From: Thermoplasmata archaeon
GTDB taxonomy: Archaea; Thermoplasmatota; Thermoplasmata; Lutacidiplasmatales; UBA184
Reading direction: 5' to 3'
Length of the DNA: 52,061 nucleotides
NCBI GenBank assembly: GCA_021798415.1
Contig: JAJZGO010000003.1
Span: 1-52,061 of the forward strand
This document shows positions 45,222-52,061 of this stretch, piece after piece; position 1 is the first letter of the stretch; each line of letters opens with the position of its first letter. Under the pieces are notes generated by a model. It saw only the letters and a list, made by a program, of their open reading frames with translations. It was not told the origin of the DNA and made no database searches. Both the position numbers and the translations under genes were made by a program.

Positions 45222-46412
45222 TCATCCGTTCCGGAACGGGGGCAGCGGAGGTTCGTCCGGCGCGATCGTCGTCTCGATCCCGCGTTTCGCGAGCGCCGTC
45301 CGGAACGGGCCCGCCGGCACGCACCGCTCGGGCGGAACGACGCCGACCTCGCGGACCTCGCCGCGGGCGATCATCTCGGCCCCGATAGCGCCTGCGACAC
45401 CGACCGCGTATTCTGTGGCCGTGAGATGCCAGTCGGGGCGCGGGGGGAACCGCGCGATCGCGTGGCGCACGACCGGGCGCCCGGCCTTCGTTCCGGTGAG
45501 CTCGACATCGCAGACCTCCCAGTCGTCGACCGTGACCCCCTCGGGCGCCCCGAGGAGCTTCTCGCGCTTGAGGAGCGCGAGCGTGAACTCGCGCGGAGTG
45601 ACCGCGTGGCCCTTGACCTCGAGCGGGGTGTCGGAGCCGAGGCCGAGCTTCGACATGATGCGGAGGACCTCGATCCCCGGCCCACCCTCCTTCCACTCGC
45701 AGTGCGTCAGCCCCTTCGACCGGAGGCTCTCGGGCAGCGTCGCCGGTTCGGAATGGAGCGTCCGGTAGACCCGCGTGCGTCCGACCGGCGGGGCGAAATC
45801 GAACTCCTCGGCCCCGCTCATCGCTTCCCGGTCCTCGTACCGGCCGCCCTCAAACACGACCGCCGGCAGGATCATCTCGTCCAGGAACGTGCTCGGTGAC
45901 CAGGTGAACGAGACTTCGGGGCCGTTGACCGTGAGGTCGCGCCAGCCGTCGCGGATCACGACCGAGTCGACGCGCTCGAGGTCGCTCGCCGCCTGCATCG
46001 CGAGCACGTTCGAGACCCCGGGGACCTGCCCGAGGCCCGGGATCGCGATACGGTCGGCTTGCCGGAACGCCGCGTCGAGCGCGAGCTGGCGGCGGGTCAT
46101 GTGGAAGAGCCCACCGAAGTCGAGGTACGGGACCCCGGCGTCGAGCGCCGACTCCATCACCGTGAGGTTGAACGTGTACTGCACGGCGTTGACGACGACC
46201 GTCGTGTTCTCGAGGAGGCGGCGGACCGCGGCCTTGTCGCGGACGTCGATTCGCTCGGCGAGCGCCCGCGGCCCCGCGGCGCGGGCCGCCGACTCGGCCA
46301 GGCTGGCATCGAGGTCCGCGGCGACGACCGTGTCGAACACTCCGCCGGTCGCGAGATCGCGTACCGTGCACCGTCCCGTCAACCCCCCGCCGCCCAGCAC
46401 CACTGCCCGCAT
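45222..46412 (-). CDS. Saccharopine dehydrogenase family oxidoreductase (carboxynorspermidine-synthase/lysine-6-DH-like fold)
   Basis: VLGGGGLTG Rossmann motif, VNAVQY, YLDFGG, GLGQVPGVSN, HSEPATL. Confidence 0.88.
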   Translation of the reverse strand: MRAVVLGGGGLTGRCTVRDLATGGVFDTVVAADLDASLAESAARAAGPRALAERIDVRDKAAVRRLLENTTVVVNAVQYTFNLTVMESALDAGVPYLDFGGLFHMTRRQLALDAAFRQADRIAIPGLGQVPGVSNVLAMQAASDLERVDSVVIRDGWRDLTVNGPEVSFTWSPSTFLDEMILPAVVFEGGRYEDREAMSGAEEFDFAPPVGRTRVYRTLHSEPATLPESLRSKGLTHCEWKEGGPGIEVLRIMSKLGLGSDTPLEVKGHAVTPREFTLALLKREKLLGAPEGVTVDDWEVCDVELTGTKAGRPVVRHAIARFPPRPDWHLTATEYAVGVAGAIGAEMIARGEVREVGVVPPERCVPAGPFRTALAKRGIETTIAPDEPPLPPFRNG

Positions 46413-46482
46413 GGTCCGCACCCTACCGCGGGCGCCAAGAGGCCCGGCTATACGAGCCTTCGGTCGGGAACCGCGTACGGGG

Positions 46483-47127
46483 TCACGCGGACGAGCGCTT
46501 CCGGGGGGTCCGTGCGGTCTTCCCCACCGGTCTCCGGGGCGCCGAGGGCGCGGGCGTGTCCGCGGTCGCCGGAGCCGTCGCGGCGCCCGACGTGCGGCTC
46601 AGGAGCTCCCGGAACGTCTCGAAGTGCCGGAGGAACGGGTCGGCGCGCCGCCGATCCTCGAGCTCCCCGAGCGCGATCTCGAGCAGGGCCTTCGCCTTCG
46701 CGTTCCCCGCCGCCCCCTGGACGAGGTAGACGCACAGCACCTGGTAGTGCGGGAGAACGAAGGCGTCCGTGCGGGGGGTGCTCATGTCGCCCTTGCGCGG
46801 ACGGTACATCCGCTCGATCGGCACCTCCGCGGCCACCGCCCGGCGGTGGGAGAATCCGAAGTAGCGGCCGGGCCCGAGGATCCGGGTGACCTCGCGGACG
46901 TTGCCGCTCAGGTTGTTGGTCAGGCGATCGCACTCGTGCCAACACCAGAGGCCGAACCCGAAGTCCCCGTCGAGGTACGCGGCCCACGCCTGGCTGTACA
47001 GCTCGCGCTCCCGCTCCTCCTGCGGGAGCTCGGGGAGGAGTGCCGCCTTCCAGTCGGAGACGAGGAGGTCGACCCGCATCGACGGCGAGAACTCCTTCTT
47101 CGGAGGCACCGGGGGCGGGGTCGCCAC
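46483..47127 (-). CDS. Hypothetical protein
   Basis: TCTAAC box 22 nt before GTG; 214 aa with an aromatic-rich globular core; same orientation as its neighbours. Confidence 0.7.
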   Translation of the reverse strand: MATPPPVPPKKEFSPSMRVDLLVSDWKAALLPELPQEERERELYSQAWAAYLDGDFGFGLWCWHECDRLTNNLSGNVREVTRILGPGRYFGFSHRRAVAAEVPIERMYRPRKGDMSTPRTDAFVLPHYQVLCVYLVQGAAGNAKAKALLEIALGELEDRRRADPFLRHFETFRELLSRTSGAATAPATADTPAPSAPRRPVGKTARTPRKRSSA

Positions 47128-47150
47128 GTCGCGCGAAGAGAGTGCGGAGG

Positions 47151-48737
47151 TTAGACTGTTTCCTCCGGACTACCCCCACGACGGCGGTAGACGCGGGCGC
47201 CGTCCACCCAGGTCTCCCGCACCGACGCGGCTCCCCGGCCGACGGCCCCCCTCAGGTGGGGGACGTCCAGGACGACGAAGTCGGCGCGCGACGCGGGTTC
47301 GAGCGTCCCCAGGACCGCTGTGCCGAGGGCCCGGCCCGCGTTGACGGTGTAGAGCCGCAGCGCCGTCTCGGGGTCGAGCGCCTCGCCCGGCGATGGGTTC
47401 GCCGAGCGCCCGGACGCCGGGTCGGACCGCTCGACCGCGGCCCGGATCCCGCGCCACGGGTCGAGCGGGTCGTACGGGGCATCGCTCGAGCCGGCGAGCA
47501 AGAAGCCACGGCCGAGGAGCGAGCGGAACGCGTATCCCCAGCGCGCGCGCTCGGGGCCAAGGCGAGCCCCGAGCCAGTGGTCGCTCCAGACGAACCCGGG
47601 CTGCACGACGAGCGCCGGATGCGCCTCTTCCATCGAGGGCCACGACGCGGGTGGGGTCAGGGCGGCATGCTCGATCCGGACCGGCGACCGGGTTTGTCCG
47701 GTCCAGGGCCGTAGGAGCCGCGCCGCCCGCTCGACGGCACGGTCGCCGATCGCGTGCAAGGCGGGGGCGAGCCCGAGCTTCACCGAGTGCTCGATCGCGC
47801 CGCCAAGCTCCTCGTCCGTGCCCACGGGCATCCCCTCCTCTGACGGAAGGTCCGTGTACGGCGCCGAGAGCCAGGCCGTTCGGGGACCGAACGCACCGTC
47901 GGTGAATCCCTTGGTGCCGAGGACCGCGAAGCGGTCCGGCCTCCCCGCGGGGGCGAGGGCCGGGCGGGGGAACTCTCCGAGCCGGGACATGCGAACGTAC
48001 AGGCGGACCCGAATCGGCAGTCGGCCGACCTCCGCGAGACCCCGGAGCAGCCCCGCCTCCTCGGGACCGGTGCTCATCGTGGCGACCGTGGTCAGCCCGA
48101 AGGAGGCGCAGAGCTCGAGCGTCCGTTCGAGCGCCGGAGGGTCCGCGAGGTCGGCGTCGGACGCGAGGGCCGTGACCGACGCCATCGCCCCCTCGAAGAG
48201 ACGGCCGTCGGGCCGTCCGTCCGTTGTCCGGCCGAACCGGCCGTTGCGGGGCTCGGACGACGCCCGGTCGACACCGGCGGCGCGAAGCGCCGCCGTGTTG
48301 ACCACGGCCGCATGGCCGCTCGCGTGGTAGAGCACTACGGGCCGGTCCGCGACCGCGCGGTCGAGGTCGGCCGCGAGCGGCCACCGGCGGTCCGCGAACC
48401 GCTCGGAGTCCCACCCGTGGCCGACGACCGCGCCCCCGGGGTGCACCGCGCTTCGGGCCGCCAGGCGGCCGACGAGGTCGGCGACCGACCGCGCCTCGGC
48501 GAGGTTGAACCCCTCCCGGGCGCGCGTCGCCTCTCCGAGGTGGAGGTGGGCATCGATCAGCCCGGGGACGACGAGACGACCCGAGAGGCGCTCGACCTCG
48601 GCGCCCGCCGGCGTCGCCCGCTCGACCGAGGCGAGGGTCCCCACGGTCCGGATTCGGCCGTCCTCGACGAGCATCGCCTCGACGTACCGGTGGCCGGTGA
48701 AGATCCGACCGTCCCGGAAGAGACGCGTTTCGCTCAT
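47151..48737 (-). CDS. YtcJ-like amidohydrolase (Amidohydro_3)
   Basis: PGLIDAHLH, KGFTDGAFGPRTAWL, HAIGDRAV, RIEHA, GSSDAP, LYTVNAG, ADFVVLD. Confidence 0.9.
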   Translation of the reverse strand: MSETRLFRDGRIFTGHRYVEAMLVEDGRIRTVGTLASVERATPAGAEVERLSGRLVVPGLIDAHLHLGEATRAREGFNLAEARSVADLVGRLAARSAVHPGGAVVGHGWDSERFADRRWPLAADLDRAVADRPVVLYHASGHAAVVNTAALRAAGVDRASSEPRNGRFGRTTDGRPDGRLFEGAMASVTALASDADLADPPALERTLELCASFGLTTVATMSTGPEEAGLLRGLAEVGRLPIRVRLYVRMSRLGEFPRPALAPAGRPDRFAVLGTKGFTDGAFGPRTAWLSAPYTDLPSEEGMPVGTDEELGGAIEHSVKLGLAPALHAIGDRAVERAARLLRPWTGQTRSPVRIEHAALTPPASWPSMEEAHPALVVQPGFVWSDHWLGARLGPERARWGYAFRSLLGRGFLLAGSSDAPYDPLDPWRGIRAAVERSDPASGRSANPSPGEALDPETALRLYTVNAGRALGTAVLGTLEPASRADFVVLDVPHLRGAVGRGAASVRETWVDGARVYRRRGGSPEETV

Positions 48738-48794
48738 GCGCGCCTGCGGGGCCGCAACCGGGGCGGGCGGAAGAAAGGGTTGGGCGACCCGGCG

Positions 48795-50264
48795 TTATAC
48801 GTCGAGGTACCGGTAGAACTCGTACGGGTGGGGCCTCAGGTTCAGCTCGAGCTGCTCCTCGCGTTTCAGCTCGATGTAGGTATCGAGGAGCGTAGAGGAG
48901 AACGCGGGCTTGAGGAACTCCCGGTCCGACTCGAGGCAGTCGAGGGCCTCCCCCAGCGAGCCGGGGAGCTCCCGAATCCTCAGCTCGCGGCGCTTTCCTG
49001 GCGTGAGCTTGTAGATGTTCTCGTCGACCGGCGGGGGCGGTTCGATCTTGCGCCGGACGCCGTCAAGGCCCGCGAGCGCGAGCGCAGCCTCGGTGAGGTA
49101 GATGTTCGCCGCCGAGTCGGGCGTGCGGTACTCGACCCGCTTCGCCTCGGGTCGCTTGCGGTGGTAGAACGGGATGCGGATGCTCGCCGACCGGTTCGCG
49201 CGGCTCCACGCGATGAAGACGGGAGCCTCGTAGCCGGGAACGAGGCGGCGGTAGGAGTTCGTGATCGGGTTCGTGATCGCGCAGAGCGCGCGCGAGTGCT
49301 CCATCAGGCCGCCGACGTAGTAGCGGCACGTCTGGCTGACCTCGGCGTACGCGTCGTTCGCGTCGTAGAACGCGTTCGCTCCCTTCGACCAGATCGACTG
49401 GTTCGTGTGCATGCCGATCGCGTTGTCCCCGTAGATCGGCTTCGGCATCAGGCAACCGAGCTTGCCGTGGCGGTGCGCCACGTTCTTGATCACGTACCGA
49501 AGGTCCTGGATGTGGTCGGCGGTCGGCACGAGGTCGTCGTAGTGGATGTTGATCTCCGACTGGCTCGCGGTCGCGACCTCGTGGTGGTGCGCGTCGATCA
49601 CGACTCGGAAGTCGTCCTCGAGGACGCCGCACATCTCGGCCCGCAGGCCCACGAGGGAATCGACCGGGGGCGTGCGGTGGTACCCCTCCTTGAAGCGGAC
49701 GGTCGGCCGGACCTCGCCGGTCTGCCACGGGGCTTCGGACTGGTTGATGAGGTAGCCCGCGCCGGCCCAGGCGTCCCGGACGCCGGCGTACGACGGGATC
49801 ATCTGGACCGAATCGAAGACCCAGAACTCGACCTCGGGTCCCCAGTAGGAGTGGTCGTAGCCGGCCTCCGCGAGGACCTGCTCGGTCCGTCGGGCGACCC
49901 AGCGGGGGTCGTGGTCGTACGGGTCCTGGGTCCCGCCGATCCGGACGTCACAGATGAACCGGACCGTCCGGCCGGATTCGGGGTTCCACGGGATCGTCGC
50001 GAGGGTGCGAGGGTCCGGGACGAGCACCATGTCGGAGTCGAAGATCTCCCGGAATCCGCGGACCGAGGAACCGTCGAGCTTCGGAACCCCCGACCGGAAC
50101 ATCTCGGCGTTGAGCTCGGAGAACGGGATGTCGACCTGGTTGTACCCTCCGAAGACATCCGTGTAGAACAGTTCGACCCAACGGGTCTTCTCCGCCTTGA
50201 GCCGGTCGAGGATCGCCGTCGCATCCGTTGCCGCCTTCGCGCCGCGTTTCGGTGCCGTAGAGAT
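48795..50264 (-). CDS. glnA: Glutamine synthetase type I; start uncertain (no canonical start in frame)
   Basis: WVELFYTDVFG, DGSSVRGF, DSDMVLVPD, GPEVEF, HHHEVAT, MPKPIYGDN, SYRRLVPGYEAP, NRSASIRIP, RVEYRTPD. The ORF track begins at an internal ATG (50102). Confidence 0.9.
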   Translation of the reverse strand: MSTAPKRGAKAATDATAILDRLKAEKTRWVELFYTDVFGGYNQVDIPFSELNAEMFRSGVPKLDGSSVRGFREIFDSDMVLVPDPRTLATIPWNPESGRTVRFICDVRIGGTQDPYDHDPRWVARRTEQVLAEAGYDHSYWGPEVEFWVFDSVQMIPSYAGVRDAWAGAGYLINQSEAPWQTGEVRPTVRFKEGYHRTPPVDSLVGLRAEMCGVLEDDFRVVIDAHHHEVATASQSEINIHYDDLVPTADHIQDLRYVIKNVAHRHGKLGCLMPKPIYGDNAIGMHTNQSIWSKGANAFYDANDAYAEVSQTCRYYVGGLMEHSRALCAITNPITNSYRRLVPGYEAPVFIAWSRANRSASIRIPFYHRKRPEAKRVEYRTPDSAANIYLTEAALALAGLDGVRRKIEPPPPVDENIYKLTPGKRRELRIRELPGSLGEALDCLESDREFLKPAFSSTLLDTYIELKREEQLELNLRPHPYEFYRYLDV

Positions 50265-50304
50265 GCCCCCGGGCCTTCCGAACTCCGTCCGCTACTTCAA
50301 GTCT

Positions 50305-50327
50305 CGTGCGGGATTATTGGACGCACG
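50305..50327. promoter_or_regulatory. Inverted repeat CGTGCG-N11-CGCACG with an AT-rich core between divergent glnA and Lrp
   Basis: Perfect 6-bp arms around GGATTATTGGA in the 113-nt divergent spacer. Confidence 0.5.
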
Positions 50328-50377
50328 GTCAACTTCGTTGCCGATTTCCTTAACTTCGCCCGACCCACTCATGAGCC

Positions 50378-50869
50378 ATGGGACGAACGTCCACATTGGA
50401 CGACCTCGACCGGTCGATCCTCGAGGAACTGAACGCCGACGCGCGCCGCAGCCACCGCGAGATCGCGCACCGCCTCAAGGTCTCGCCGACGACCGTCAGC
50501 GCGCGGGTCTCGCGGCTCGAGGCCCAGGGGACCATCCGAGGGTACATCCCGGTCCTCGACGACGAGCAGCTCGGCTGGGACCTCTGGGCGGTCGTCGGGA
50601 TCCGCATCCTCAAGGGGCGGCTGCGCGAGGTCGAGGAGCGGCTCGCGAAGGACCCTAGGGCCTACGTCATCTTCGACGTGACGGGCGACTACGATGCGCT
50701 CCTCATCGGCCGCTTCCGGGACCGACGCGACCTCGACCGCTTCGTGAAGCACGCCCTCCAGGACCCGCACGTCGAACGGTCCAACACCCAGGTCGTCCTC
50801 AACCGCGTGAAGGAGGACCGGAGGGTGCCGGTCCAGCGCCGAAGCGCCGGCCGCGAGACCGCGGAGTAA
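50378..50869 (+). CDS. Lrp/AsnC family transcriptional regulator
   Basis: LDDLDRSILEELNADARRSHREIAHRLKVSPTTVSARVSRLE, FDVTGDYD, SNTQVVL; TTAAC box 23 nt upstream. Confidence 0.95.
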   Translation: MGRTSTLDDLDRSILEELNADARRSHREIAHRLKVSPTTVSARVSRLEAQGTIRGYIPVLDDEQLGWDLWAVVGIRILKGRLREVEERLAKDPRAYVIFDVTGDYDALLIGRFRDRRDLDRFVKHALQDPHVERSNTQVVLNRVKEDRRVPVQRRSAGRETAE

Positions 50870-50915
50870 CGGCTAAGAGCGTCGGGGACCCCTTCCGGCA
50901 CCGAGGGGGGCGACC

Positions 50916-51731
50916 ATGGACTGGGGAATGGCGAACCGGATGCACCGGATGTTCTCGCCGGCGAGCGGGAACACGGTCATGCTGGCGGTCGATCACGGCT
51001 ACTTCATGGGACCGACCCGGCGGCTCGAGGATGCCCGAGCCACGATCGCACCGCTCGTGCCGTACGCGGACGCTCTCGCGCTGACGCGGGGCCTCCTTCG
51101 CCACAGCGTCGACCCGACGACCTCGGTCCCGATCGTGCTGCGGGTCTCGGGCGGTTCGACGATCCTCAAGGAGGACCTCTCGCACGAGGCCGTCACGACC
51201 TCGATGGAGGAAGCCGTACGGCTGAACGTGAGCGCGGTCGCGCTGAGCGTCTTCGTCGGCGCGCCGCACGAGCACGAGTCGCTCGTCCACCTCTCCGAGC
51301 TCGTGGACGACGCGGAGGCCGCCGGTCTCCCCGTGATGGCGATCACGGCGGTCGGCAAGGAGCTCGAGAAGCGCGACGCCCGGTACCTCGCGCTCGCGTG
51401 CCGCGTCTCCGCCGAGCTCGGAGCGCGGATCGTGAAGACCTACTACTGCGACGACTTCTCGAAGGTCGTGGAGGGGTGTCCGGTCCCGCTCGTGGTCGCG
51501 GGCGGCCCGAAGCTCGACAGCGACGAGGCGGCCCTCACGCTCGCGCGCCACGCGATCGACGAGGGCGCGCACGGGATCGACATGGGCCGGAACATCTGGC
51601 AGTCGGACCACCCGGTCGCGATGCTGAAGGCGCTGCGAGCGATCGTCCACGAGAAGGCGACCGTCCGGGAGGCCCTCGACGTCCTGAACGGCTCGAAGGC
51701 GAACCCGTCCCCGCGCGCGGCGGTGACCTGA
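50916..51731 (+). CDS. lsrF: LsrF-like thiolase / DhnA-type class I aldolase
   Basis: MDWGMANR, MLAVDHGYFMGPT, LRVSGG, ELGARIVKTYY, CPVPLVVAGGPK, GIDMGRNIWQSDHPVAM. Confidence 0.8.
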   Translation: MDWGMANRMHRMFSPASGNTVMLAVDHGYFMGPTRRLEDARATIAPLVPYADALALTRGLLRHSVDPTTSVPIVLRVSGGSTILKEDLSHEAVTTSMEEAVRLNVSAVALSVFVGAPHEHESLVHLSELVDDAEAAGLPVMAITAVGKELEKRDARYLALACRVSAELGARIVKTYYCDDFSKVVEGCPVPLVVAGGPKLDSDEAALTLARHAIDEGAHGIDMGRNIWQSDHPVAMLKALRAIVHEKATVREALDVLNGSKANPSPRAAVT

Positions 51732-51808
51732 GGCGGGTCGTCCTCGGCTCGCGGGCCGTGCCGTGCGCCCCGTCGGAGATATAGCCCGGTCCGTCTACGC
51801 CCCCTCGC

Positions 51809-51896
51809 GCGGGGATTGCCAAGCTTGGCCAAAGGCGCCAGATTCAGGGTCTGGTCCCGTAGGGGTTCGTGGGTTCAAATCCCTCTCCCCGCACCA
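51809..51896 (+). tRNA. tRNA-Leu(CAG), long variable arm, CCA encoded
   Basis: Acceptor GCGGGGA/TCCCCGC, anticodon stem CCAGA/TCTGG, loop TT-CAG-GG, variable arm CCCGTAGGGG, T loop TTCAAAT; GATATA box about 25 nt upstream. Confidence 0.95.
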
Positions 51897-52061
51897 CCTT
51901 GGGCGGTTCAAATACCACAAATAGTTGAACTTCGCTACCTGCTTCGTGGCGCGCCAGACGCGAGCAGAACGACCCCGCGAGGAGCCCCACCGGGTCCTTG
52001 GACGACACCGTGGCCTGCTCGAGGACCCGTTGGTTCGCCCCTGGTGGGAAGAACGTTCGCT

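Noticed and set aside
45175-45225. 16-aa ORF MKIDLIRYETPSNRSY with ATGA overlap after the saccharopine-DH-like gene
   Set aside because: An A before a TGA is common by chance; no motif or other support.
1-52061. CRISPR arrays, rRNA, IS elements, RNase P/SRP RNA, C/D box sRNAs
   Set aside because: No regularly spaced repeats, rRNA-like stretches, transposase motifs or diagnostic RNA motifs were seen by eye; an Infernal scan would be needed to exclude small RNAs.

Overview
About 52 kb of high-GC archaeal chromosome. Evidence: tRNA with a BHB-type intron, TATA-like boxes about 22-25 nt upstream of apparently leaderless starts, archaeal-style HPS-RraA fusion and GvpD-like ATPase, and sequon-rich surface proteins. 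Gene style suggests Thermoplasmata (possibly the UBA184/Lutacidiplasmatales group; inference only). Layout from left to right: (1) 1-6.4 kb, a tightly coupled six-gene operon encoding a glycosylated surface protein, a VirB2-like pilin, a VirB6-like membrane protein, a PrgI/VirB3-like protein, a small membrane protein and a VirB4-like ATPase, with no relaxase, coupling protein or integrase in view (candidate domesticated Ced/Ted-like DNA transfer system); (2) 6.5-15.4 kb, an orphan N4/N6 DNA methyltransferase, HPS-RraA fusion, truA, pstSCAB-phoU and an intron-containing tRNA-Glu; (3) 15.4-25.6 kb, an accessory stretch with small Zn-ribbon/membrane ORFs, a GvpD/KaiC-like ATPase, ABC-2 exporter, DUF1348, MFS and ArsR; (4) 25.8-50.9 kb, a large amine/polyamine-type catabolic region with four class-III PLP enzymes, three aldehyde dehydrogenases, two amidohydrolases, a saccharopine-dehydrogenase-like enzyme, Opp-type ABC, MFS, glutamine synthetase and Lrp/AsnC; (5) an lsrF-like aldolase/thiolase and tRNA-Leu(CAG). 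Other oddities: truA and glnA have no in-frame ATG/GTG/TTG upstream of their conserved N-termini, and the tRNA-Glu has C at position 33. No CRISPR array, rRNA, transposase or integrase was seen. All product calls come from motif recognition by eye, not from database searches.
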